From: an uncultured Endomicrobiia bacterium
Lineage (GTDB): Bacteria; Elusimicrobiota; Endomicrobiia; DTEH01
Length of the DNA stretch: 64,000 bases
Assembly: GCA_938074745.1 (NCBI GenBank)
Contig: CALJEJ010000006.1
Coordinates: 18,043 to 82,042, forward strand
Reading direction: 5' to 3'
Below the pieces are notes generated by a model. It searched no databases. It saw only the letters and a list, made by a program, of their open reading frames with translations, and was not told the origin of the DNA. The position numbers and the translations under genes were made by a program. This document shows positions 18,967 to 28,325 of the stretch, piece after piece. How positions within the stretch are numbered: the first letter of the stretch is position 1; every line of letters starts with the position of its first letter.

Positions 18967-21900
18967 ATGAATGTTAACGAGTATATAAAAAAAGCAAAAT
19001 TATATAGAACAACATTTTTAATTGTTCGCTATACAGTAACCACACTGAATACTATAGTAGGATGTTTTATTCTAAGTGCGTTGGTTGACGAAATTTTCCC
19101 TTTGCCGATAATCGTATTTCATATATACTGGTTTTTTATTCTCGCTTTAATAACAATTTTTTTTATAAATTTAGTATTACAACTTATCAATCTATACAAA
19201 AATCCTAAACAATATTTACAAAATGAATTAAATAAATATCCATTGTTAGATACCAAAGACAGTATAATAACTTCAGCAGAGTTAGAACAAAAACTTGAAT
19301 ATAAAGATATAAACTTTTCTAAAGAATTAGCAGAAAAGTATATAGAAAACATAATTTCAAAATTGTCCACTTTAGATTTAAAAAAAATTGTTGGCTTAAA
19401 TAAAGTATTAAAAGTTGTACCTATTAACGTTGTTTTAATATTGTTAATAATTACTCTTTACGCATTTCCACCTTTTATTCTTAAAGAGAGCGTATACAAA
19501 ATACTTTTTACTCGTAAACCTGAAATTTTGGGTTTAACGATCTATCCTAAAAATATAAAAGTTCCACTAGGGAAAAGTTGTGAAATAAAAGTTCTCGTTG
19601 ATAAACTTTATGAGTTTTATATTCCAATATTATATTTGAAATTTTACGGTACTCATCAATGGATAAGGGTAAATTTTACGAAGTATGAAATTATTTCTAA
19701 TAGAAAAATTTATATATATAAAATTGAAAATGTGGAGAACAAAATATTTTATAAGATACATTTTCGCGGGATAAGTTCAAAAGTGTATGTAATAGAACCT
19801 ATCGTTTATCCTGCAGTATCCAAACTTTCAATTTGGGTAGAACCACCGAAATATACTTCTTTAAAACCAATAGAACTACAAAGTTTTAATGAGGTTAAAT
19901 ATTTATTTGGTAGTAAAATAAAATTTGATGGCGAAACTAATAAAGAAATTGCAAAGATAAAATTGATAACTTCAAAAGGACAAGAAATAAAAATAAATGT
20001 AAAAAACAAAAATATGTTTTCTGGTGAATTCGTCGCTATAGAAAATATGGATATATGGTTTGATATTTTAGATACGGAAAATTTAAAAAATATAGATGTT
20101 GTAAAATATAGAATTAATGTTATAAAAGACCAACATCCTGAAATAAAAATTATTTCCCCTGAAGATGAAATTATAGTAGCTCAGAATAGTAAAATTACAT
20201 TAATTTACTCTGCAAAAGATGATATTGGGATCTCACAAATAAATTTGAATTATTACATAGAGAATAAAAAGTATAATAAACAAGTTTGTATAAAAAAATA
20301 TAGCTCTAATATTTGCGAAATTATAGATGAATATACATTTGATTTATCAAATTTACCCTTAAATTTTGGTGATGTAATTATTTACTATTTAACTGTTTAT
20401 GATAACGACACAGTTTCAGGTCCTAAGTCAAACATTAGTGTGAAACATAAAATTGAAATTTTTAGTTTTGAAAAACAACATCAAATGATTGAAAGACAAG
20501 TTAACGAAGTTATAGATAAAATGTTAGATTATTTATCACGAGAAATTGAATTTAAAGAACAGTTGGATAGATTAACCACTACCACAATAGATATCTCTGA
20601 AATAGATAAACTGATAAACAAAAAACAGTTGTTGAACAAAGAGTTTGAACAGTTCACTAATCAAATGAACGATATCTTATCACAGATGGCTTATGACCCT
20701 TACACTTCAGTAGATACATATATAGAGTTTAAAAGTTTTTTAACAAATATGGAAAATATTTCACAATATAGTAATCCTATGTTAATAGATAGATTAAGAA
20801 ATAAAGATATTAATAAAGCACAAACTATACAACAGGAAATTGTTGATACTTTAGAACGATTATGCTCTTTAACTACACAAATTATGAAAAAACAGAATAT
20901 GGAAAATATTGCAAATATTGCAAATGAGACATATACTTCATTAGAGCAATTGATCAATGAACTTAAAAATACTGATACAAAAATTTCTTCAGAACAACTG
21001 ACAAAATTAAATAATTTACTTTCAGAGATTGAAGAAAAACTAAAAAAAATAGCGAATATGTTACAAAACCAGCCACAATCTTTACCTGAGGAATTTATTA
21101 ATCGTAGAGATGTAAAAAATATAGATTTAGTTTCTCCACAAGAAATGTTACAAAAATTATATTCTGCAATATCTATGGGAGATATACATTCTGCATTAAA
21201 ATATGCACAACAAATGTTAACTCAGTTAGAAAGTATAATGAATATTCTTGAACAAGCAAATTCTGATATACTATCTTCAACTAGTAGTAGTTTAAAAAAA
21301 GAACTTGAAAGGTTAATGTCCGACCTTGATAATTTAATTAAATCAGAAGAAGACATTTATTCAAAAACTAAAAATTTGTTTGATTACAAACTTAACGAAT
21401 TATTAAAGAAACAAGAATCTATATTGTCAGAATTGATAAAAGATATTAACATAATAATTTCAAAAATAAATTATGTCAATTCTATAGAGGAATTGAAAAA
21501 AATAAATAATTATCCACAGTATCTATCAACAAGCCAACAGGTGTTAAAAAAACTATCAGATATTTCTTCAGAAATACATAAGAAAAAATTAATTCAAACA
21601 AAAGTGTGGTTAAAAGAAGCAATACAACTTTGGGAGATGAACTATAATATCGTTTCGCTATTAGATAAACAACTTTATTCTATAATAATAAAAGAGACAG
21701 AAGAAATATTAAACTTGATGAAAAAATTATACGATAAATTTGACTTTGAACCAAAGATCAAATTATCTCCAGAAGCTGTCAACCAAAACAACAATCTTAT
21801 TCTTGAACAACAAAAAGTTTCTAAAGCAACACAGAAATTTTATTTAGAACTAAAAAATTTTGGTAAAAAAAGTTTTATGATAACCACACAAGATTTATTT

Positions 21901-22275
21901 AATGTTAAAACAGCAAATAATAAAATGGATCAAACGATAATTTCTTTAGAGAACCAAGATTTTGATTTGGCATTAGAAAACGAAAATACAGCTATAAACT
22001 TACTTTCAGAATTACGTAATAAGTTTTCTGATATAACTCAACAGTTACAACAAATGGAACAATTGTTAGGCAAACCGATGGGTAGCAAAATACAATATAA
22101 ATCATTACCATCTGGCCAATACGGCGTTTTGTTCAGTCGAGTAAAGTTGCCTTCAGTTAAAGATTATATTCCACCAAAAGAACTACGAGAAGATATAATA
22201 AGATCGTTAAGTGAAAAATATCCTATAGAATATAATAAAATAATCCAACGGTATTATAAGGAACTGTTAAAATGA
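18967..22275 (+). CDS. Large membrane-anchored protein of unknown function (N-terminal TM hairpin, beta-rich middle region, roughly 550-aa C-terminal coiled coil)
   Basis: 1102 aa. Two N-terminal TM helices, residues about 180-520 rich in beta-strand/Ig-like patterns, then a long heptad-rich region to the C-terminus. No catalytic motif recognised. Confidence 0.5.
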   Translation: MNVNEYIKKAKLYRTTFLIVRYTVTTLNTIVGCFILSALVDEIFPLPIIVFHIYWFFILALITIFFINLVLQLINLYKNPKQYLQNELNKYPLLDTKDSIITSAELEQKLEYKDINFSKELAEKYIENIISKLSTLDLKKIVGLNKVLKVVPINVVLILLIITLYAFPPFILKESVYKILFTRKPEILGLTIYPKNIKVPLGKSCEIKVLVDKLYEFYIPILYLKFYGTHQWIRVNFTKYEIISNRKIYIYKIENVENKIFYKIHFRGISSKVYVIEPIVYPAVSKLSIWVEPPKYTSLKPIELQSFNEVKYLFGSKIKFDGETNKEIAKIKLITSKGQEIKINVKNKNMFSGEFVAIENMDIWFDILDTENLKNIDVVKYRINVIKDQHPEIKIISPEDEIIVAQNSKITLIYSAKDDIGISQINLNYYIENKKYNKQVCIKKYSSNICEIIDEYTFDLSNLPLNFGDVIIYYLTVYDNDTVSGPKSNISVKHKIEIFSFEKQHQMIERQVNEVIDKMLDYLSREIEFKEQLDRLTTTTIDISEIDKLINKKQLLNKEFEQFTNQMNDILSQMAYDPYTSVDTYIEFKSFLTNMENISQYSNPMLIDRLRNKDINKAQTIQQEIVDTLERLCSLTTQIMKKQNMENIANIANETYTSLEQLINELKNTDTKISSEQLTKLNNLLSEIEEKLKKIANMLQNQPQSLPEEFINRRDVKNIDLVSPQEMLQKLYSAISMGDIHSALKYAQQMLTQLESIMNILEQANSDILSSTSSSLKKELERLMSDLDNLIKSEEDIYSKTKNLFDYKLNELLKKQESILSELIKDINIIISKINYVNSIEELKKINNYPQYLSTSQQVLKKLSDISSEIHKKKLIQTKVWLKEAIQLWEMNYNIVSLLDKQLYSIIIKETEEILNLMKKLYDKFDFEPKIKLSPEAVNQNNNLILEQQKVSKATQKFYLELKNFGKKSFMITTQDLFNVKTANNKMDQTIISLENQDFDLALENENTAINLLSELRNKFSDITQQLQQMEQLLGKPMGSKIQYKSLPSGQYGVLFSRVKLPSVKDYIPPKELREDIIRSLSEKYPIEYNKIIQRYYKELLK

Positions 22276-23876
22276 GCTCAATATATAAAATTATTTTTTT
22301 ATTTCTATATTTATGGGTTTATAATATTGTTGCTGGTGAAATTAAAAACGAAATAAATACTGTAATATCTTTACTTGAATCAGGAAAATTTTCTGTTGTT
22401 GAAGAAAAAATAAAAAATATAGAAGAGCCAGAAGTAAAATATTATCTTACTGCACTCTATTATTTATTTACAGGCGACTATGAACAAGCAGAAAAATTTA
22501 TAAATAAAATTTCTACTACCACAAAAATTGATGAAGAAGAAATAAAATTTTATCGTGAATATATATCTAAATTAAATAAAATTATTTCTACCTACAATAA
22601 GTTTGAATCAGAACATTTTGTTGTATTTCTTAAAGGTAAAGACATTATCCTAAAAGATATTTTATTGTCAAAAATGGAACAAATATATAAGAAATATAGT
22701 AAACTTTTAGACTATGTGTTAGATACTAAAGTTCGCATTGAGGTATATAACACGAAGACAGAATTTATGTTTTGTTCTACACTTGGGGAAAAGATTGTTG
22801 AGAAGGTTGGTGTAGTTGGCATTTGTAAATTTAATCGTATAATGATTTTATCGCCAGAAAATTTGCCTTTAGGATATCGTTGGATTGACACTTTAGCACA
22901 TGAGTATATACATTTTATCTTAAACAGAATTACAGAATTTAATTTACCTTTATATCTTCATGAAGGGATAGCAAGATATTTTGATACTTTATACAGGTCT
23001 ACATATCCTTTATGTTTTACTGCAGGTAATTTGAGTTTGTTAGTTAATGCTAAAAAAAACTCTTCTATAATACCTTTTCATAACTTACGAGGTTCATTAG
23101 TATATCTTGATTCTCAAGAACAAGTTGAGCAAGCTTTTGTACAACTTGCAACTTTTATAGACTATTTGATAAAAACTTTTGGAGAAGAGAAGTTAATAAA
23201 ATTTATTACGAGTTTCAAATATAACAAAGATGACAAAGAAAATTATAAAAAAATTTATAATTCAGAATTTGAAATTTTATATTCTTCATGGTTGGATTTT
23301 ATTGATGAAAAAGAAAGTATAGTAAATCAATTTCCTGGAGCAAAACCTGATATAAAAATTGTTCAAAAGGAAGATGAAGCTAATCTTATTGGATTAACTA
23401 TAAAAGGATATATAGATTTATCTGAAAAATATGCATTGAAAAAAAATTATAAAATGGCATTACATCAATGTTATAAAGCGTTAGAAATAGAACCGTATAA
23501 TCCATTGTTAATGGTGAAAACAGCAAGATATCTTATGTTACAAAATAAGTATGAGGAGTCAGAAAATATTTTGTTAAAATGTATAAAAGCCAACCCCAAT
23601 TATGTTACTGGCTATGAGTTATTAATAAAATTATATTATGAAACAGGGATGTATGAAAAAGCCAAAGAGTTCTATAACACAATTTTAGAAATTAACCCAT
23701 TTAATTATGAAATAAGAAAACTTGTTGCAGAAATGTTTGCTGATTTAAAAAACATAAGAGAGGCTTTAGAAGAATATAAAATAGTACATATATTAAACCC
23801 TCAAGATAAAGAAACAATAGAAATTATCAATTCATTAGAAAACTATATGAAGTATAAATCAGAAATATCAAAATAA
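22272..23876 (+). CDS. Signal-anchored TPR-repeat zinc metallopeptidase-like protein (gluzincin, peptidase MA-like)
   Basis: HEXXH (LAHEYIHFIL) followed 22 residues later by the third-ligand motif HEGIARYF (EGxAxY-like). N-terminal hydrophobic anchor. The C-terminal half consists of TPR repeats, the last similar to those of the DUF2723 paralogs. The start overlaps the upstream stop (ATGA). Confidence 0.55.
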   Translation: MSSIYKIIFLFLYLWVYNIVAGEIKNEINTVISLLESGKFSVVEEKIKNIEEPEVKYYLTALYYLFTGDYEQAEKFINKISTTTKIDEEEIKFYREYISKLNKIISTYNKFESEHFVVFLKGKDIILKDILLSKMEQIYKKYSKLLDYVLDTKVRIEVYNTKTEFMFCSTLGEKIVEKVGVVGICKFNRIMILSPENLPLGYRWIDTLAHEYIHFILNRITEFNLPLYLHEGIARYFDTLYRSTYPLCFTAGNLSLLVNAKKNSSIIPFHNLRGSLVYLDSQEQVEQAFVQLATFIDYLIKTFGEEKLIKFITSFKYNKDDKENYKKIYNSEFEILYSSWLDFIDEKESIVNQFPGAKPDIKIVQKEDEANLIGLTIKGYIDLSEKYALKKNYKMALHQCYKALEIEPYNPLLMVKTARYLMLQNKYEESENILLKCIKANPNYVTGYELLIKLYYETGMYEKAKEFYNTILEINPFNYEIRKLVAEMFADLKNIREALEEYKIVHILNPQDKETIEIINSLENYMKYKSEISK

Positions 23877-23885
23877 TATAAATTT

Positions 23886-25367
23886 ATGGATAAAGAAGTA
23901 TATCTTCAACTAAGGGAAAAATATAAAAAGATAAAACCAGATAGAGTAAAAGAAAATATATCAGAATATTCACTTAAGGAACAAACAATTGCAGAAATAT
24001 GGTATAAATCTCTATTTGATAGACGTAATTTAACTTCTGTTGATGGAAGAAAAGTAATTATTGTTTCTGTTGGAGAGTATAATACTGTTTCTGTTCCAGA
24101 TTTTGTCAATGCTAAGATAATAGTTGATGGTAAAGAGTATAGTGGTGACGTAGAAGTCCATAAAAACAGATCAGACTGGTTTAAACATAAACACCATAAG
24201 AATTCTCTATATAAAAATGTTATACTCCATGTGTTTTACAATAACGATACTAGAACTCCAGTAAAAGAAGATATTATTGAACTATGTTTAAAAGATAGAA
24301 TTAATCCAGAATTTTTTGAAGAAGACAGCGAGTTATTTTATTCTTCTAAAGAAAGTCTCTGTGGTAAATCTATACAAATTAAAGATTATAATTTGTTAGA
24401 ACAACTGATTTTATCTGCAGCTGAAGCTAGGTTGAATATTAAATCAGAACAATTTTTTTGTTGGTTCAAAACTAAAACAAAAGAAGAACAGATGTTATAT
24501 GAACGTATCTGTGAAACATTTGGATATTCAAACAATAGAGATAATTTTTTGTTGATATCAAAAATTGCACCTATAAAGAAAATTAGAAAAATTGTTAAAC
24601 GATACAGACTTAAAGAACAAAAAATTATTGTTGATACGATATTTTTTTGTGTTAGTGGATTGTTAAATAGAAAAGATGTTTTAGAACATTTACCACAATA
24701 TTATATTAGTCTTAAAACATTGTGGGAAAAAGAGATAAAAAAATATTTTAAAAAAACAATAGATTCGTCAAGATGGAGATATTACAAGACTCGTCCTGTA
24801 AACTATCCTGAACGTAGAATTGCTGCATTGTCAATGTTTGTTTCTAAAATTATTAATGTTGAACTACAAAAACTTTTGTTAGGATTAATTAAACTCAAAG
24901 ATGAAAAAGATATTCTAGTTCATATAAAAAATTTTTTATACCAGCCGCCAGAAGGTTATTTTGCTAAACATTGCAGGTTTGGCGGGAAAGAATTTTCTCG
25001 CGAATATCCTCTTTGGGGTATGGAAAAAGTTAGTTCATTGTTAGCAAATGTTATATTCCCATATCTTGTTTATAAATCAAAACAAACTAAAGATGAACAG
25101 TTATATAAAAAAGTAATAAAAATATATACTTTACTAGATATAAAAGAGAAAAACAGTATTGCAGAAAAATTTCTCTCATCTATTATACTTTATCCAGAAT
25201 ATAGAAAATATTTTTTGTCAAAAAACATTTTTATTCAAGGCTTACTACAGATATATAAAGATTTTTGTGAACCTAATAGAGGTATATGTAAAAATTGTTT
25301 TCTGCCTGAAATATTAAAATATGAAATTAATCAAGAGGATAAATCAATAAAATTTTTAGAGTTGTAA
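23886..25367 (+). CDS. Hypothetical protein (493 aa), family not recognised (possibly DUF2851-like; low confidence)
   Basis: Long ORF with ATG start, co-directional and closely spaced with the upstream block. No diagnostic catalytic motif seen. Cys pairs CGKS and CKNCF lie near the ends. Confidence 0.4.
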   Translation: MDKEVYLQLREKYKKIKPDRVKENISEYSLKEQTIAEIWYKSLFDRRNLTSVDGRKVIIVSVGEYNTVSVPDFVNAKIIVDGKEYSGDVEVHKNRSDWFKHKHHKNSLYKNVILHVFYNNDTRTPVKEDIIELCLKDRINPEFFEEDSELFYSSKESLCGKSIQIKDYNLLEQLILSAAEARLNIKSEQFFCWFKTKTKEEQMLYERICETFGYSNNRDNFLLISKIAPIKKIRKIVKRYRLKEQKIIVDTIFFCVSGLLNRKDVLEHLPQYYISLKTLWEKEIKKYFKKTIDSSRWRYYKTRPVNYPERRIAALSMFVSKIINVELQKLLLGLIKLKDEKDILVHIKNFLYQPPEGYFAKHCRFGGKEFSREYPLWGMEKVSSLLANVIFPYLVYKSKQTKDEQLYKKVIKIYTLLDIKEKNSIAEKFLSSIILYPEYRKYFLSKNIFIQGLLQIYKDFCEPNRGICKNCFLPEILKYEINQEDKSIKFLEL

Positions 25368-25382
25368 AAAAAAGACTATTTT

Positions 25383-26669
25383 ATGAATAAGAAATATTTA
25401 TCAGACAAAGTTATAGAGTTAATAAAAAAGTTAGATTATTATGAATATATAGACACAATTCTAAAAATTTTAAAACAACAACGATGCAATTTTTATTTTA
25501 TTGGTGGTAGTATAAGAGATGCTATAATTCAATTAACTACTACTGAAAAATTCTTTTCTTCTAATGATATTGATATAGTTCTTGAGGAAGATAAAATAGA
25601 TATACTTCTTTGTATGTTTACAAAAACACAAGTGTTTAAACGAGGAAATGTTGTAATAAAAAGGAATCCATCTTTTTTGAACTCAAGTGTAATCATAACA
25701 TCTCCAAAATATAGAAGGATTGATATTTCTGTAGTGCGAAAAGAAAAATATGAAAAGTTTGGTGCATTACCTAAAGTTTCTATGGGAGATATAAATACTG
25801 ACATTTCACGACGAGATTTTACTATAAATTCTGTTGCATTAAAATATAGTTATGAACTTGAGAAATATTTTTTTTATGATCCTTATGAAGGAATAAAAGA
25901 TATAATTGACAAAAAAATTAGAGTATTACATAAAAGAAGTTTCTTAGATGACCCTACAAGAATAATAAGAGCTATATATCTTTCAGCAAAATTAAATTTT
26001 GAGATAGAACAAGAAACGTCTAAATTGATTCATTCTGCAGTGAGGTTAAATGTAATAAATAATGTATCGCAAGTTAGGTTGGCCAATGAATTAACTAATA
26101 TTCTAAAAAAAGGACGAAATTTACCTAAAATAGTGATAATGTTTAAAAAATATCATATATCAAAATTTTATAATTTTGTTGCAGAATTTGTAAAAACATT
26201 TGCAAAATATTCAAATAAGTTAGAAATAGAAAAAAAATATGCTTGTATATTAGATAATGATGAGATATTTTATATAAGGTTACTTTTTTTACTACAACAA
26301 ATGGATAAAAAATTTTTACAGCATAAAAGTGATTTGTCAGTTTATAAAACACAGATGATAAAACTTAACATTCCACGCAAAGATAGAGAAGCAATATATA
26401 ACGGGATAAAAATTTTAAATGGTGAAACTTCTGTTAAACAATATCCGGTATGGTTAAAGGTATATATAAAAATCTTCAATAAAAAAATTTTTGTACCGTT
26501 ATTAACTGCAACAGATTTAATAAAATTAGGTGTAAGTAAAAATCAGCAACTTGGCAACATATTAACTCAAATTCGTAAACTTCAAATAAAAGGTAAATTA
26601 ACAACAAGACAACAAGCAAAAAATTTTGTTTTACAATTATTGAGATTAAATTCTAAAAAAGGTAAATAA
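25383..26669 (+). CDS. cca: tRNA nucleotidyltransferase (CCA-adding enzyme) / poly(A) polymerase family protein
   Basis: Head-domain motifs FYFIGGSIRDAII (GGxVRD) and RRDFTINSVA (RDFTINA). Length 428 aa. Confidence 0.7.
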   Translation: MNKKYLSDKVIELIKKLDYYEYIDTILKILKQQRCNFYFIGGSIRDAIIQLTTTEKFFSSNDIDIVLEEDKIDILLCMFTKTQVFKRGNVVIKRNPSFLNSSVIITSPKYRRIDISVVRKEKYEKFGALPKVSMGDINTDISRRDFTINSVALKYSYELEKYFFYDPYEGIKDIIDKKIRVLHKRSFLDDPTRIIRAIYLSAKLNFEIEQETSKLIHSAVRLNVINNVSQVRLANELTNILKKGRNLPKIVIMFKKYHISKFYNFVAEFVKTFAKYSNKLEIEKKYACILDNDEIFYIRLLFLLQQMDKKFLQHKSDLSVYKTQMIKLNIPRKDREAIYNGIKILNGETSVKQYPVWLKVYIKIFNKKIFVPLLTATDLIKLGVSKNQQLGNILTQIRKLQIKGKLTTRQQAKNFVLQLLRLNSKKGK

Positions 26670-26674
26670 AACTT

Positions 26675-27316
26675 ATGGCTAACGAATTCTTAATCAGATT
26701 ATTTGTACATTATCCAGTATTATTATTTGCGATAACAGTGCATGAATATTCTCATGGCAAAATGGCAGAACGGTTTGGAGATAATACTGCAAAAATTTTA
26801 GGTAGATTGACTTTGAATCCTTTAGCCCATATTGACCTATTTGGTACGGTGATTTTGCCTATATTTTCTATGTTAAGTGGGGTTCCTTTATTTGGCTGGG
26901 CAAAACCTGTTCCTGTAAACATGGCATTGATGACAAAAAAAGAAATTATGTTTGTGGGTTTATCAGGTCCTTTAGCAAATATATTGTTGGCAGGGATGTT
27001 TTCTTTAACTTTTTATTTAACCAAAGTATTAAATTTATATTTTGTTGGTAGTGAAACATTGTTTGAAACAGCAATTGTTATAAATGTTGTTTTAGCAGTA
27101 TTTAATTTGACCCCAATACCTCCACTTGATGGTAGTCGTGTTGTAACCGGATTGTTGCCATATCGGTGGGGATATTATTACAATACAATATTTGAACGCT
27201 ATGGGTTTTTTATAATAATCTTTTTACTTTATACAGGTATTTTGTGGAAGTTATTGTCTCCTATAGTAAGTTTTTTAACAAATTTGTTTCTTACATCTTC
27301 GGTTAACATTATCTAA
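26675..27316 (+). CDS. Site-2 protease family (M50-like) membrane zinc metalloprotease
   Basis: HEXXH in a TM helix (ITVHEYSHGKMAERFG). Small polytopic protein with the downstream LNPLAHIDLFGT motif typical of this family. Confidence 0.65.
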   Translation: MANEFLIRLFVHYPVLLFAITVHEYSHGKMAERFGDNTAKILGRLTLNPLAHIDLFGTVILPIFSMLSGVPLFGWAKPVPVNMALMTKKEIMFVGLSGPLANILLAGMFSLTFYLTKVLNLYFVGSETLFETAIVINVVLAVFNLTPIPPLDGSRVVTGLLPYRWGYYYNTIFERYGFFIIIFLLYTGILWKLLSPIVSFLTNLFLTSSVNII

Positions 27317-27340
27317 CACATTTTTTACAATGAATTGTCT

Positions 27341-28318
27341 ATGAAAGAAACAATTTTGTCAGGTATGCGTCCTACGGGAAAGTTGCACATAGGCCATTAT
27401 GTAGGTGCAATTTCCAACTGGGTAAAGTTGCAGGACACTTATAGATGTTTTTTTATGGTAGCAGACCTTCATGCATTAACTACCGAGTATAAAAACTCTA
27501 ATGAAATAAAAAATTTTTCTTATGAACTTGTTCGTGATTTACTTGCCTGTGGTATAGATCCTAAAAAAGCAACAATTTTTTGTCAGTCTGATGTTCCTGA
27601 ACATTCAGAATTACACTTGATATTTTCAATGTTAGTTCCTTTGGGATGGTTATATAGTTGTCCTACATATAAAGAACAACTTAGAGAATTATCTTCTAAA
27701 GATATAAAAACTTATGGATTTTTAGGTTATCCTGTATTACAGGCAGCAGATATTTTGTTATATAAATCTAGTAAAGTTCCTGTTGGGAAAGATCAATTAC
27801 CTCACATAGAACTCACTCGTGAAATTGCACGGAAATTTAATATGTTGTATGGAAATTACTTTCCTGAACCTGAAGCATTACTTACAGAATCGCCATATTT
27901 GCCAGGCATAGATGGACGGAAAATGTCAAAGTCGTATAACAATTGTATTTTTCTATCTGATGAAACTACAGAAATTAAACTAAAAGTTAATAAAATGTTT
28001 ACTGACCCTAAAAAAATTCATAAGAACGATCCTGGTGATGTTACGAATTGTGTTGTTTTTGCATTTCATAAGGTCTTTAATCCCAAATATAAAGAAATTG
28101 AACAATTATGTAAAGCAGGAAAGTTAGGTTGTGTAGAGGATAAAGAAAGTTTATACAAAATTTTGGAACAAATATTGGCTCCTATACGAGACAAAAGAAA
28201 AAATGTAACTATTGAACAAATAAAAGAAACATTGTTACAAGGCAAAAATAATGCAAGCGAAGTTGCTAAAAAAACTATTGCTGAAGTGAAACATCTTGTA
28301 GGTCTTGTATCTAAATAA
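27341..28318 (+). CDS. trpS: Tryptophan--tRNA ligase
   Basis: HIGH motif (TGKLHIGHY) and KMSKS. Class I aaRS of TrpS size. ATG at 27341; the track starts at an upstream TTG. Confidence 0.9.
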   Translation: MKETILSGMRPTGKLHIGHYVGAISNWVKLQDTYRCFFMVADLHALTTEYKNSNEIKNFSYELVRDLLACGIDPKKATIFCQSDVPEHSELHLIFSMLVPLGWLYSCPTYKEQLRELSSKDIKTYGFLGYPVLQAADILLYKSSKVPVGKDQLPHIELTREIARKFNMLYGNYFPEPEALLTESPYLPGIDGRKMSKSYNNCIFLSDETTEIKLKVNKMFTDPKKIHKNDPGDVTNCVVFAFHKVFNPKYKEIEQLCKAGKLGCVEDKESLYKILEQILAPIRDKRKNVTIEQIKETLLQGKNNASEVAKKTIAEVKHLVGLVSK

Positions 28319-28325
28319 AATATCT

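Noticed and set aside
27317-27340. T-box riboswitch leaders upstream of trpS and alaS
   Set aside because: The intergenic spacers are only 24 nt and 6 nt respectively, far too short for a T-box element.
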